From an uncultured Bacteriovoracaceae bacterium (lineage in GTDB: Bacteria > Bdellovibrionota > UBA2428): DNA of 64,000 nucleotides. Each line of letters starts with the position of its first letter. Position 1 is the stretch's first letter. The position numbers and the translations under genes were made by a program. This document shows positions 1-9,957 of this stretch, piece after piece. The stretch lies in the NCBI GenBank assembly GCA_964538275.1, contig CAZIFW010000002.1, positions 5,052 to 69,051 on the forward strand. Reading direction: 5' to 3'. A model generated the notes under the pieces. The model saw only the letters and a program-made list of their open reading frames with translations. It ran no database searches and was not told the origin of the DNA.

Positions 1-1
1 T

Positions 2-946
2 GCAGAAATTTTGCCCAAGATTTTAGAACAAAATTTTCATGTAGATGTTCTCACGGATCAAACAAGTGCGCACGATCCTTTGGTAGGATATATCCCCTTG
101 GGTTATTCACTCAAAGACGCAGATAATCTGAGAGCCAAAGATCAGCCAAGATATTTAAAAGAAGTTTATGCTTCGATGGCTACTCACGTAAAAGCTCTCT
201 TGGAATTTAAAAAGCGAGGCAGCATTGTTTTTGATTATGGTAACAATTTGCGAGCAATGGCGGAAAAGGGTGGGGTTGAAGGAGCTTTTGCTATACCTGG
301 TTTTGTGCCTGAATATATTCGCCCACTTTTTTGCGAAGGTTCTGGGCCATTTAGATGGGTAGCATTAAGTGGTGATCCAGAGGATATTAAAAAAACAGAC
401 GAAGCTATTTTGAAATTGTTTCCAAATAACTCAACATTAAAAAGCTGGATTACAAAAGGGGCTCCGCAGGTAAAATTCCAAGGTTTGCCAGCACGTATTT
501 GTTGGCTCAAATACGGAGAACGTCGTGAGGCAGGATTGCTTCTCAACGATTTAGTAAAAAAAGGAATTGTTTCTGCTCCCATCGTGATTGGTCGCGATCA
601 CTTAGATTGTGGCTCTGTAGCTTCTCCCAACAGAGAAACTGAAGCGATGTTGGATGGCAGTGATGCTGTATCTGATTGGCCATTGTTGAATGCTCTATCG
701 AACACGGCCTGTGGTGCATCGTGGGTAAGTCTTCACCATGGAGGTGGCGTGGGAATGGGCTACAGTCAACACTCTGGAATGGTGATTGTAGCAGATGGCA
801 CGGATGAAGCGGCCAAAAGAATAGAGCGTGTACTCACTACAGACCCGCAGTTTGGAATTATTCGTCACGTAGATGCTGGTTACGAAAAAGCAAAAGAAGT
901 TGCTAAAGAAAAACATGTACGCATTCCTATGTGGGAAAATACATGA
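2..946 (+). CDS. hutU: Urocanate hydratase, 5'-truncated by the window edge
   Basis: Motifs [52 protein letters not shown]. The frame is open back to base 2. Confidence 0.96.
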   Translation, partial: AEILPKILEQNFHVDVLTDQTSAHDPLVGYIPLGYSLKDADNLRAKDQPRYLKEVYASMATHVKALLEFKKRGSIVFDYGNNLRAMAEKGGVEGAFAIPGFVPEYIRPLFCEGSGPFRWVALSGDPEDIKKTDEAILKLFPNNSTLKSWITKGAPQVKFQGLPARICWLKYGERREAGLLLNDLVKKGIVSAPIVIGRDHLDCGSVASPNRETEAMLDGSDAVSDWPLLNALSNTACGASWVSLHHGGGVGMGYSQHSGMVIVADGTDEAAKRIERVLTTDPQFGIIRHVDAGYEKAKEVAKEKHVRIPMWENT

Positions 947-2151
947 AACTTCTCTATAAAAATTTAAAAGGTGTTTTTACAGGCCAAGCGTTTGAAAAGA
1001 AACAAGGCCGCAAAATAATTGCCGAGGATGCTAGTTTTTTAGCAGGCCCCGTTCATATCTTAGTGGATGAAGATGCGCAGAAAATTCTAAGTATCAGCAA
1101 AGATTTAACGAACGCAGCCGCAGACAAAGAAATTGATTGCGATGGCCACATTGCTACTGCGGGTTTTGTTGATTCGCATACTCACACACTCTTTGGAGGG
1201 GCTCGATGGAATGAGTTCTTCATGCGTTGGTCAGGAGCGGGTTATGCCGCCATCAATGCGGCGGGTGGAGGTATTCGAAAATCCTTTCAAGACACAAGAG
1301 CTACTTCGGACTCTGAACTAGAGAAAAAGTTTTTATCAGATCTACAAGTTATGAAGGCCGATGGGGTGCGACTTTTAGAAGTAAAAAGTGGTTACGGTGA
1401 AACGATAGAAGAAGAGCTCCGGATCTTGAGACTTCTTCAAAAAATAAAAAAAAGTGCTGATATTAATATTTTAAGTACCTTTTTAGGTCTTCATGCCATT
1501 CCTAAACACACGGATGAAAAGTCTTGGACTCAAGAAGCCATTAAAGCTTTGGATGTTATTCAAAAAGAAAAACTTGCTGATTTTGTGGACAGCTTTCCAG
1601 AAGATGGCTTTTTCTCATTAGAATCGGCTCGTGAGTTTTCTAAAGCGGCTCTTACAAAAAACTTTAAGTTTAAAATACATGCAGATGAAATCACACCAGT
1701 TGGAGCTGCTGAAATGGGAGCTGAGTTAGGGGCTGCGAGCGTAGATCATTTACAAAAAATATCAGATAAAGCTTTGTCAATGCTGGCTACATCTAAGACT
1801 GTGGCTACACTGTTGCCTGCAACAAGTTTTTATTTGGGAATTGACTATGCACCTGCACGCAAAATTATTGAATCAGGTGCGCGCGTGGCATTGGCAAGTG
1901 ATTACAATCCGGGAACAGCTCCCAACCCTTCTATACTCTTCACGGCGATGTTAGCTGCTTCTCAGATGAAGTTAAGTCCAAGTGAAATTTTATGTGCTCT
2001 TACATATAATGCTGCCGGAGCTTTGGGCTGCGATAATCATTATGGAATTATAAAAGAGGGATCTTCTTCCAAAATATTGTTTTGGAATCTAAAGACGTCA
2101 AATCCATTAGAAGAAATCTTTCTTTCAGGTATAAAGCCTAGTCCCCTATAA
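943..2151 (+). CDS. hutI: Imidazolonepropionase
   Basis: DSHTH metal motif, EVKSGYG, KIHADE, ASDYNPG. Start placed at ATG 943, an ATGA overlap with the hutU stop. Confidence 0.93.
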   Translation: MKLLYKNLKGVFTGQAFEKKQGRKIIAEDASFLAGPVHILVDEDAQKILSISKDLTNAAADKEIDCDGHIATAGFVDSHTHTLFGGARWNEFFMRWSGAGYAAINAAGGGIRKSFQDTRATSDSELEKKFLSDLQVMKADGVRLLEVKSGYGETIEEELRILRLLQKIKKSADINILSTFLGLHAIPKHTDEKSWTQEAIKALDVIQKEKLADFVDSFPEDGFFSLESAREFSKAALTKNFKFKIHADEITPVGAAEMGAELGAASVDHLQKISDKALSMLATSKTVATLLPATSFYLGIDYAPARKIIESGARVALASDYNPGTAPNPSILFTAMLAASQMKLSPSEILCALTYNAAGALGCDNHYGIIKEGSSSKILFWNLKTSNPLEEIFLSGIKPSPL

Positions 2152-2164
2152 ATAATCTTGAAAA

Positions 2165-3211
2165 TTATTCAGGGCGTGTTTGGTTTAAATATTTTGGCTC
2201 AACATAGTCAGGAGTAAGTGGGTAACGATAACTTTTGTAAGCAGCAAGGTTTGGTCTTCCTGCTTGAATGTAGATTTCATCCCAAAGGTGAGCGAGTGTT
2301 TTTGCTGAACGAGCCATTTGTAAAACCATAAGTGGCTTAAAGTTCGGGCATTGTTCACTGGGCGCAGGACGCACCGCTGGTTTTTTCATAGTCATTCCGT
2401 GCTCGTTTACAGTTTGAGTGGAGGGCTCAATGATCGTATCGAGTTTTTGTAACACTTCGACTTCGTTAACAGCTTCCATTCCAATTTTTTTAATAAGCTC
2501 TGCAGCCGAATAACTTTCTGTAAAATCAGGAAGTCTTAGTGCAAGTTCTCTTAATTCAACATCGAGCTCGCTTCCAAATTCCCCAGGACAAACACTTTCA
2601 TAGTAAGCATGAATACCCCCATGACCCACTCCATAGCCGTCGTAATCCGCCCAATTATGGTAAGGCATGGAGGCGTCTCCTACAAAGTGACCCATAATAC
2701 CCATATTTGTCATCATTCCATAAATGGCTTCATTGTATGGAAGTGCATTGAGTTGTTCTTCGTTGCTATTTAACGGAAGGGCTGTTTCTTGAATGCGAGA
2801 TGCAGATTCTTGAGCAATGTTAAAAAATTGTTCTGCTCTCCACCAAAGTGTTCCTACTTTGTGCACAAGTTGCGAAGCATCTCCTACATTTGAAAGCATT
2901 CTTAAGAATTCATTAAAAAGAGTTGGAGTATCTTTGAGTGAAATACCTACAATGTCTGGCTCGATAAAGTGAGTGGGATTACCTACGCGAGTAAGTTCAG
3001 AGGGAAGACTTTTCCAGTGGATGTCTGGAACATTACAAGTATGACCCATAATATGCCCCCGAGTTTTTAAGAATTCTTTAAGGCCTTCTTCTTTCACAAG
3101 TCGTGAAGCTTCATTGCAAATGCTGTGATGGCCTCTTTCGCCCCAAGCTACGGCCTTCCATGGAAATGCTGAAAATGAAAAAAGAATGGCAAAAAGTTTA
3201 AGACCCCTCAT
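2165..3211 (-). CDS. Secreted S1/P1 nuclease / Zn-dependent phospholipase C family protein
   Basis: Signal peptide followed by mature N-terminal WGxxGH; HFVGDxxMPYH and HAYYE zinc ligands. Confidence 0.8.
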   Translation of the reverse strand: MRGLKLFAILFSFSAFPWKAVAWGERGHHSICNEASRLVKEEGLKEFLKTRGHIMGHTCNVPDIHWKSLPSELTRVGNPTHFIEPDIVGISLKDTPTLFNEFLRMLSNVGDASQLVHKVGTLWWRAEQFFNIAQESASRIQETALPLNSNEEQLNALPYNEAIYGMMTNMGIMGHFVGDASMPYHNWADYDGYGVGHGGIHAYYESVCPGEFGSELDVELRELALRLPDFTESYSAAELIKKIGMEAVNEVEVLQKLDTIIEPSTQTVNEHGMTMKKPAVRPAPSEQCPNFKPLMVLQMARSAKTLAHLWDEIYIQAGRPNLAAYKSYRYPLTPDYVEPKYLNQTRPE

Positions 3212-3297
3212 TTGAATTACCCCTTAAACCTTGGGCTAATAAATGAGGGCATGATTTGGCAATTTTAATTATGTCGTAAATTGTAAATTGTGACAGC

Positions 3298-4821
3298 TTA
3301 TTGCAGCAAAGTTTCGAGTTGCTGCGAAAGTGTTTGAATTTCAGCCGCAGTGCTTCGATCTTTTTCCATATAAGGAGAAATTTTACGAACTTTAGCATGT
3401 ACAGCTTCTAAGCGATCAGACGTTTTTAGAGGGCGAAGTAAGTCGAGAGCTTGGCAGGCAGCCATGACTTCAATGGTAAGAACATCTCGAAGTAAGCGCA
3501 TATTGTTCAAAGCTTTAAACCCAGCAGTAGGGCCCATAGAAACATGATCTTCTTTGTCATCATTTGTTGGAATGGAATCTACGCTCGCGGGAAAAGAATT
3601 GCTTTTAGCTTCGCTAACTAGGGCTGCGGCTGTGACATGGATCATCATGAAGCCAGAATGTAGGCCGCCTTTTTTAATGAGAAAGGTTGGGAGCTGGCTT
3701 GATCCTGCGTTCATTGCAAGTGCTGTGCGGCGTTCGGAAATACTTGCAAGAGTTGCGGCTGCACTCGCAAGTCTATCCGAAACTCTCGCGGGATATAGCG
3801 CGTGAAAATTTCCGCAAGAAACACTTTCTTTTGATTCAGCAAATAAAAGAGGATTGTCACTAGAGGAGTTAATTTCGCCTGATAGAAGTTCTTCACATTG
3901 GCGAATTTCATCCCAAATGGCGCCATGAACAAGAGGTGCACAGCGCAAGGAATAAGCATCTTGAACCCGGCCGCAGTTTTCATGACTTTTTGAAATTTCT
4001 GTTGGACCAGAAAGCCAATTGCGAATTTCGTTTCCTGCTTCTACAACGCCCCGTTGATTTTTAACATTAAGAATTTTGTCGTAAACAGCGGCATGGGAAC
4101 CACGCAAGCCTTCAAGCATAAGTGCTGTGGAGAGGTTTGCTATTTTTAAGAGAGATTTTAATTCTTCTAGAGCAAAAACTGCGAGTACACTCGTAAGTTG
4201 AGTGCCGTTAATTAAAGAGAGGCCTTCTTTAGGGCCAAGTCTAAGGGGTTTTATATTTAAGTGCTCTAATGCTTGTTTTGCTGGTGCGATTAAAATATTT
4301 CCGTCTTTTAAAAAAGTACAAGGACCCTCTCCCATATGGGCGAGTACCGCGTGTGCACTCGGGCAAAGATCTCCACTTGCGCCCACACTTCCACGACTTG
4401 GAATTTGCGCAAGAAAACCGGCATTCAAAGCAGAAATAATTTGTGAAACGGTGCTTTCTTTAATGCCGCTATGTCCGCGAGCAAAAACATTTAATCGAAC
4501 TAACCACATCGCGAGAGTAATGGAACGCGAAAGAGGCATGCCTACTCCGCAAGCATGTGAGCGAATAATATTGTCTTGCAGTTCCTCTAACTCAGCGTTG
4601 GAAACACGAACTTCAGAGAAGCGGCCAAAGCCGGTATTGATCCCGTAAACGGCTTTGTCGTTTTTTACGACTTCTTTTACATAATCTTCGCTAGCTTTAA
4701 TATTTTTCAAACCTTGAGGAGAGATAGATATCTGAAACTTGGCTTGGGGATTTTCTGCAAGTTGGCTGAATTTATAGAGTTCCGAGGTGTTGAGCGACTC
4801 TCCGTTGAGGTTGATCTGCAT
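3298..4821 (-). CDS. hutH: Histidine ammonia-lyase
   Basis: YGINTGFG, GSVGASGDL (MIO-forming ASG), KEGLSLINGTQ, VQDAYSLRC, EDHVSMG. Confidence 0.96.
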   Translation of the reverse strand: MQINLNGESLNTSELYKFSQLAENPQAKFQISISPQGLKNIKASEDYVKEVVKNDKAVYGINTGFGRFSEVRVSNAELEELQDNIIRSHACGVGMPLSRSITLAMWLVRLNVFARGHSGIKESTVSQIISALNAGFLAQIPSRGSVGASGDLCPSAHAVLAHMGEGPCTFLKDGNILIAPAKQALEHLNIKPLRLGPKEGLSLINGTQLTSVLAVFALEELKSLLKIANLSTALMLEGLRGSHAAVYDKILNVKNQRGVVEAGNEIRNWLSGPTEISKSHENCGRVQDAYSLRCAPLVHGAIWDEIRQCEELLSGEINSSSDNPLLFAESKESVSCGNFHALYPARVSDRLASAAATLASISERRTALAMNAGSSQLPTFLIKKGGLHSGFMMIHVTAAALVSEAKSNSFPASVDSIPTNDDKEDHVSMGPTAGFKALNNMRLLRDVLTIEVMAACQALDLLRPLKTSDRLEAVHAKVRKISPYMEKDRSTAAEIQTLSQQLETLLQ

Positions 4822-4848
4822 GATGAAGTCTTAGCAAGCTGACACAAT

Positions 4849-4864
4849 AGGCACAAGATTGGCA
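4849..4864 (+). promoter_or_regulatory. Possible sigma54 (-24/-12) promoter of the Cys-rich gene
   Basis: AGGCAC-AAGAT-TGGCA: GG-N10-GC spacing is right, with mismatches to TGGCAC-N5-TTGCW. Confidence 0.35.
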
Positions 4865-4881
4865 GCACTGCGTCTAACCTT

Positions 4882-4895
4882 TGTTCCGCGATGTT
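4882..4895 (+). promoter_or_regulatory. Upstream motif shared by both Cys-rich paralogs
   Basis: TGTTCCGCGATGTT matches TGTTCCGCAATGTT at 48683-48696 at 13/14 positions. Confidence 0.5.
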
Positions 4896-4922
4896 CGTCT
4901 AAGATGAGGTAAGAGGAGAAAT

Positions 4923-5471
4923 ATGAAAAAAGGATTTTTAAAAAATATATTGAGCTCTCTAGTCCTAACGCTAGGCACAATGTCTTTCAGTGCAGAAGCC
5001 AGAGATATTTTAATTATTGGCAATGGTGGAGGGGGCACAACTGTTGGCGATAGAGATGCCGCTTGTGGGCGAGCTTACGAACGTGCAGAGAATGATGCCT
5101 ACAACCAGTGTGCAAACCGAGATGGGGATCCGCTTTCTATGACTCAAGGTGGTTGTAGTTGTAGACGCAAACCCGGTTCTCGCGATGATTACAATTGTGA
5201 CGCAACTGTGCGATTAACATGTGAAGTTGCTTGTCGTCCGCAAGTGACTCAAATTGCTGGCACGGGATTGGGCTTTGATTTCAACCGCAGTGTTGCATGT
5301 GATGATGCTTTTAGACGCGCTGAAGATGACACGCAGTGGAGTTGCTCACGCCGTGGTGGCTATGTTGTGGATACACAAGAACAGAGTTGTAATTGTAGAC
5401 GCTTGAGTGGTGGAGACTATGAATGTCGTTCAAATGTAACCTCTATGTGTGAACTTCAAAGTTGTCGCTAA
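4923..5471 (+). CDS. Secreted Cys-rich protein with two tandem 6-Cys domains, function unknown
   Basis: GAGGAG RBS; signal peptide ending AEA; two C-x14-C-x14-CxC-x9/11-C-x7-C units; paralog at 48749. Confidence 0.88.
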   Translation: MKKGFLKNILSSLVLTLGTMSFSAEARDILIIGNGGGGTTVGDRDAACGRAYERAENDAYNQCANRDGDPLSMTQGGCSCRRKPGSRDDYNCDATVRLTCEVACRPQVTQIAGTGLGFDFNRSVACDDAFRRAEDDTQWSCSRRGGYVVDTQEQSCNCRRLSGGDYECRSNVTSMCELQSCR

Positions 5472-5494
5472 GTATAAAATAGAGTGATCGATCT

Positions 5495-5592
5495 AAAGGT
5501 GCCCCCCTATCAGGGCGGCACCTTTGACTAAAAGGTACCTAGTTACTTTTGGGCTGTACCCGCTACCTTTTCCGGCGCACCCGCTACCTTTT
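5495..5592. repeat. AAAAGGT-family intergenic repeat cluster A
   Basis: Hairpin AAAGGTGCC...GGCACCTTT (5495-5525), imperfect palindrome AAAAGGTACCTAGTTACTTTT (5530-5550), and ACCCGCTACCTTTT twice at a 21-bp period (5558, 5579). Confidence 0.75.
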
Positions 5593-5610
5593 TTAAGCTA
5601 TATTCAACGC

Positions 5611-6645
5611 GTGAAATCTTTTGCTTCAGATAACTACGCTTCTATTCATCCAAAAATTTTACAAGCAATTTCAGCTGCCAATGAGGGACACGCTGTTTCA
5701 TATGGCGCGGACATTTGGACTCAAAAGTTAAATGAAAAAATTAAAGCAATCTTTGGAAGTCACGCAGAAGCTTTTCCAGTTTTTAATGGCACAGGTGCAA
5801 ATGTTGTTTCACTTGCTTCAATTTTAAAATCTTACGAGGCTGTGCTGTGTTCTAATTATTCACACACTCACATGGATGAATGTGGAGCTGCTGAGAGATT
5901 AATCGGCACAAAGCTTATTGATGTTCCAACTCAAGATGCCAAGCTCACGCCAGAAATCTTAGAGCCGCACACTTTAAATTTCGGGAACGAACACCAAGTA
6001 CAAGCGCGTGTGTTGAGTATTACTCAATCAACAGAGCGTGGAACCGTGTATACAATTGAGGAACTTAAAGCATTGGGAGACTTCGCCAAAACAAAAAAAA
6101 TTCGCGTTTGTATGGATGGAGCTCGCTTTGCAAATGCGGTTGCTGCCTTGAATGTGAATCCCAGAGAAATAGTGGAAGCTGCAGGAGTAGAATTGCTTTC
6201 TTTTGGCGGAACAAAAAATGGACTCATGTTGGGCGAACTTGTGGTGAGTTTTAATCCAGAAGTCTCTAGTCATATGAAATTTTATCGAAAGCAGTACATG
6301 CAGCTCACAAGTAAGATGCGTTACATTTCTGCGCAGTTTTGTGAGTATTTTGAAAATAATCTTTGGATAGAAAATGCTAAACACGCAAATGCTATGAATC
6401 AGTACTTACTTTCTGAACTTCAAGCGGTGTCCAAAGTGGAAATCACAGTAAAGCCTGAAGTGAATGCAATTTTTGCAAAAATTCCCAAATCTATTATTCA
6501 GCCTCTGCAAAAAGACTTTCCATTTTACATTTGGGAGGAACTACCTTCTGAGGAATGCTCAGAAGTTAGATGGATGACCTCGTTTGATACCTCAAAGGAA
6601 GATGTCCACATGTTTGTAAAGCGTATTAAGGAGTTAACAAAATGA
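5611..6645 (+). CDS. ltaE: Low-specificity L-threonine aldolase
   Basis: FASDN, NGTGANV, DECGA, MDGARFANA, SFGGTKNG (PLP Lys). Start placed at GTG 5611; the upstream extension in the ORF track is translated repeat DNA. Confidence 0.88.
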   Translation: MKSFASDNYASIHPKILQAISAANEGHAVSYGADIWTQKLNEKIKAIFGSHAEAFPVFNGTGANVVSLASILKSYEAVLCSNYSHTHMDECGAAERLIGTKLIDVPTQDAKLTPEILEPHTLNFGNEHQVQARVLSITQSTERGTVYTIEELKALGDFAKTKKIRVCMDGARFANAVAALNVNPREIVEAAGVELLSFGGTKNGLMLGELVVSFNPEVSSHMKFYRKQYMQLTSKMRYISAQFCEYFENNLWIENAKHANAMNQYLLSELQAVSKVEITVKPEVNAIFAKIPKSIIQPLQKDFPFYIWEELPSEECSEVRWMTSFDTSKEDVHMFVKRIKELTK

Positions 6646-7439
6646 GTCGATTTCAGAAAAAAGTAGTGTTCATTACAGGAGCCTCTTCTGGAATTGGAGA
6701 AGCTATGGCGCGTGAATATTTTAAAAAAGGCCATAGCTTAGTTCTCTGTGCGCGTCGTTTGGATCGCTTAACTCAGTTGGCTCAAGAATTAGGAAGCTCA
6801 GAGCGAATCTTGGCTATAGAGTGCGATGTTTGCAATGAAGAGAGTTTAAAGCAGGCTGTAGAAAAAACACTCCAGCACTTTGGACAGATTGATGTCGTTA
6901 TAGCAAATGCAGGATTTGGAATTGCTGGCCGTATTGAAACTTTGAAAGTAGAAGACTACCGAAGACAATTTGAAACCAATGTTTATGCCGTTATTATAAC
7001 GATTCAGCTTACGTTGGAATCTTTAAAAAAATCAAAAGGAAGTTTAGTTCTCATAGGCAGCGCTAATTCCTATATTTCTGAACCTAAAAAAACTCCCTAT
7101 TGTATGAGTAAGTTTGCAATTAAAGCTCTAGCGGATGGATTGTATTGGGAGTTAAAGCCGCAAGAAGTTTCAGTTACACTTATTTGTCCCGGACTTGTTG
7201 AAAGTGAAATTCGCAAAGTTGATAAAGCAGGAGTTTATCAAGAGACAGCTAAGGATCCTGCGCCTGATTTTTTAATCATGCCTGTTGCAACAGCCGCTCG
7301 CCAAATTGTTTCAGCCATAGAAGCTCGTAAAAAAGAAGCGGTGATTACAGCTCATGCAAAACTTGCTGTATGGCTGCAACGCCATTTTCCAGTAGTACTC
7401 ACACCACTTTTTAAAGGCGGCAAAGCTGTATCAAGATAA
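6642..7439 (+). CDS. SDR family oxidoreductase
   Basis: TGASSGIG, NAG, YCMSK (YxxxK). ATGA overlap with ltaE. Confidence 0.9.
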   Translation: MSRFQKKVVFITGASSGIGEAMAREYFKKGHSLVLCARRLDRLTQLAQELGSSERILAIECDVCNEESLKQAVEKTLQHFGQIDVVIANAGFGIAGRIETLKVEDYRRQFETNVYAVIITIQLTLESLKKSKGSLVLIGSANSYISEPKKTPYCMSKFAIKALADGLYWELKPQEVSVTLICPGLVESEIRKVDKAGVYQETAKDPAPDFLIMPVATAARQIVSAIEARKKEAVITAHAKLAVWLQRHFPVVLTPLFKGGKAVSR

Positions 7440-7440
7440 C

Positions 7441-7551
7441 GATGTCGAAAAGGCGTCAGAGATCTATTTGACTACCCTCCGCTACCTTTTTAACAATGTC
7501 GAAAAGGTGCCAGAGGGGTGTTGAAAAGGTCTCTGACGCCTTTTCGACATC
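7441..7551. repeat. 111-bp element with perfect 22-bp terminal inverted repeats (MITE/REPIN-like), cluster B
   Basis: GATGTCGAAAAGGCGTCAGAGA (7441-7462) is the reverse complement of 7530-7551. Internal degenerate copy ATGTCGAAAAGGTGCCAGAG and CCGCTACCTTTT (7479-7490). Lies between convergent genes. Confidence 0.85.
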
Positions 7552-7554
7552 TAG

Positions 7555-8406
7555 CTAAGCATGGTCGTAGGTTTTTTTTGCTTTGGCACCTAGCGTACTT
7601 CCTGCAGAAGCAAGGCTGATAAGCAGAATTGCCAATCCTTGAACAAGGGTAATTTTTTCACTTAAAAATAAAAAGCCTGAAAGGACGGCAACCGCAGGTT
7701 CTAAACTTAAAAGAACGCCAAATGTTTTTGCAGGAATTTTTTTGAGTGCAAAAAGTTCAAGCGAATAAGGGATGACACTTGATAGAAGGGCAATTCCTAT
7801 AGCCAAGGGTATATGGTCTTTTTGAAAGAGATGCGCTCCTTGAGAGTAAAGACCAAGGGGTAGAGTTATTAAGCAAGCACAGCACATTGTAAGAGCAATA
7901 GCGCTTGTGCCTAGATCTGTGCCTACTTTTTTTCCAAAATAAATATAGAGTGCCCAAAAGAACCCAGCTGCAAGGGCGAATAGAATTCCAAGAGGTGGAA
8001 GTGCGGTGTCTACATTTTTAATTGGCAAAATAAGCACAAGGCCAATCGCAGCTAATGCTATCCAGAGAAAATCCATTTTTTTCTTTGAAAGTATGCACGC
8101 CAGTACAAGCGGGCCTGTAAATTCAATGGCAACAGTTAAGCCTTGGGGAATGTATTCAAGGGCTTTGTAAAAACACAAATTCATAAAGCCAAGGGATACT
8201 CCAAAAACAATAATCTGTTTCTTAGCTGCGAGACTTAGGGGAGTTCTCCAAGGTCTAAATATTGCGAGTAAAATGAGAGATGCAAAAAACAACCTTAAAC
8301 TGGTAGCTCCCACTGGGCCGAGTATGGGAAAAATATCTTTGGCTAAAGATGCCCCGATTTGCAGCGATATGATTGCAATTAGAACAGAAACAATGGAAAG
8401 ACCCAT
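7555..8406 (-). CDS. rhtA: EamA/DMT transporter, RhtA-like threonine/homoserine exporter
   Basis: SLQIGASLAK, LRLFFA, AIEFTGPL, PYSLE, LLSLEPAVA; about 10 TM helices. Confidence 0.8.
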   Translation of the reverse strand: MGLSIVSVLIAIISLQIGASLAKDIFPILGPVGATSLRLFFASLILLAIFRPWRTPLSLAAKKQIIVFGVSLGFMNLCFYKALEYIPQGLTVAIEFTGPLVLACILSKKKMDFLWIALAAIGLVLILPIKNVDTALPPLGILFALAAGFFWALYIYFGKKVGTDLGTSAIALTMCCACLITLPLGLYSQGAHLFQKDHIPLAIGIALLSSVIPYSLELFALKKIPAKTFGVLLSLEPAVAVLSGFLFLSEKITLVQGLAILLISLASAGSTLGAKAKKTYDHA

Positions 8407-8427
8407 AAGTAGAATAGAAATGTAATT

Positions 8428-9078
8428 TTACAGTTTGAGCTGTGAAATTTTTTCTTTATATTGGCCTCCACCAAAAACGGCGTTGCCAGCTACTAAGATA
8501 TCGATGCCAAGAGCGTTGGCACCACTCGCTGTTTGTGCATTTACACCACCATCAATTTGCACTTGTATTTTATCTTTCATTCCAAGTTTTTTAAGCCAGG
8601 CTATAAGGCGAGAGGTTTTTTCGAGGGCTTCAGGAATAAGAGCTTGTCCACCAAAACCTGGATTAACAGTCATGGATAAGAAAAGATCAATATCTTCCAA
8701 GTGCTTTTCGCAATCTTCAAATGAAGTTTGAGGACGTATGGCAATGCCTGCTTTCATTCCTAAGTCGCGAATTGCTTTGAGGTCGTCTTTAAGGTTTTTA
8801 CAAGCTTCAGTGTGGATCGTAATGCGATGAGCACCCGCTTTGGCAAAGTCTGCAAAAAGATGGCGAGGTTCCGTCACCATTAAATGACAATCAAGTTCGA
8901 GTTTTGTTTTTCCTTTGAGCCATTTAAGAACAGGAGCTCCAAATGAAATATTTGGTACAAAATGACCGTCCATCACGTCATAGTGAAGTCCGTCAGCTCC
9001 GGCTTCTTCCACTGCTTTAACTTCTGCAAGGAGTTGGGTGAAATCAGCGGAAAGAAGAGATGGGTAAATTTTTGCCAT
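8428..9078 (-). CDS. rpe: Ribulose-phosphate 3-epimerase
   Basis: PSLLSADF, HYDVMDGHFVPN, DCHLMV, MTVNPGFGGQ, QIDGGVN. Confidence 0.97.
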   Translation of the reverse strand: MAKIYPSLLSADFTQLLAEVKAVEEAGADGLHYDVMDGHFVPNISFGAPVLKWLKGKTKLELDCHLMVTEPRHLFADFAKAGAHRITIHTEACKNLKDDLKAIRDLGMKAGIAIRPQTSFEDCEKHLEDIDLFLSMTVNPGFGGQALIPEALEKTSRLIAWLKKLGMKDKIQVQIDGGVNAQTASGANALGIDILVAGNAVFGGGQYKEKISQLKL

Positions 9079-9092
9079 TTTATTTTGCTCTT

Positions 9093-9422
9093 TTATAAAC
9101 GATGAAGAACTTGAGAGGAGTCTTCGATCTTTCCTTTTGAATTAAAAACTACACCCTCGCTTTTGAGAAGTTTTAATTTTCTAAGAACTTCACTGCCGCT
9201 GGCATTGCCATTGTAACCACCAATCATTCCAGAGCTTTGAATCACTCTATGGCAAGGTATAGCAGGGGCGTTTTCATTATGTTTCAGCATCCAACCCACA
9301 TTGCGAGGATTTTTGAGCTTTAATTTTTCACAAACTGCTTTGTAGGTGCTTACTTTACCTTTGGGAATTTTTTTTAAAAGTTTCCAAAGATCTTCCATTG
9401 GAAGTTTTGAGCTTTTAGACAT
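9093..9422 (-). CDS. Single-domain MGMT/Ogt-family alkyl-DNA repair protein
   Basis: IPKGKVSTY, PRNVG, IPCHRVI with the active Cys. Start placed at ATG 9422, overlapping the dcd stop. Confidence 0.88.
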   Translation of the reverse strand: MSKSSKLPMEDLWKLLKKIPKGKVSTYKAVCEKLKLKNPRNVGWMLKHNENAPAIPCHRVIQSSGMIGGYNGNASGSEVLRKLKLLKSEGVVFNSKGKIEDSSQVLHRL

Positions 9423-9957
9423 TTCCAGCTTCTTTGTTTTTTTCAAAATCCATCCATAATCGAGAACTTTGAACGCCTTTGTTTCCTTGGTATTTGCCTG
9501 ACTTGTATTCGGAAATTTCACCCTCAACAGAGTGGTAAAAAATTTGGCAAATTTCTACTCCCGCATAAACGCGAATGGGATGAACACAATGCATTTCGAG
9601 AGTCCAAAAACCAGAGAATCCAACATCTCCAAAGCCTGCCGTAACGTGAACATAGAGTCCAAGGCGACCAATGCTTGAGCGACCTTCTAACATAGGAACT
9701 AAATTTTTAGTTTCAGTGTGCTCAATGGTGCGAGCCAGATAAAGTTTTCCAGGTTCAAGAAGTAAGCCTTCAGCAGGAATTTTTAATCTCTCAACAGGAT
9801 TATCCTTTTTCATGTCGAGAGGCATCTCGGTATAAACCATAATCTCGTCGCACAAGCGCAAGTTATATGAATTAGGATTTAAAAGCTTAGGATTGAAAGG
9901 CGTAATTGTAATATCCGTTCCTAAGCGACGTTGAATTTCTGCTCCTGTAAGAATCAT
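9415..9957 (-). CDS. dcd: dCTP deaminase
   Basis: NPNSYNLRL, GRSSIGRLGL, AGFGDVGFSGFWTLE, ICQIFY. Confidence 0.93.
   Translation of the reverse strand: MILTGAEIQRRLGTDITITPFNPKLLNPNSYNLRLCDEIMVYTEMPLDMKKDNPVERLKIPAEGLLLEPGKLYLARTIEHTETKNLVPMLEGRSSIGRLGLYVHVTAGFGDVGFSGFWTLEMHCVHPIRVYAGVEICQIFYHSVEGEISEYKSGKYQGNKGVQSSRLWMDFEKNKEAGNV

Noticed and set aside
5524-5610. N-terminal extension of ltaE containing PLPFP repeats
   Set aside because: It is a translation of the ACCCGCTACCTTTT DNA repeats; family homology begins at GTG 5611.
7441-7551. Autonomous IS element
   Set aside because: Too short, no transposase ORF, no clear target-site duplication.
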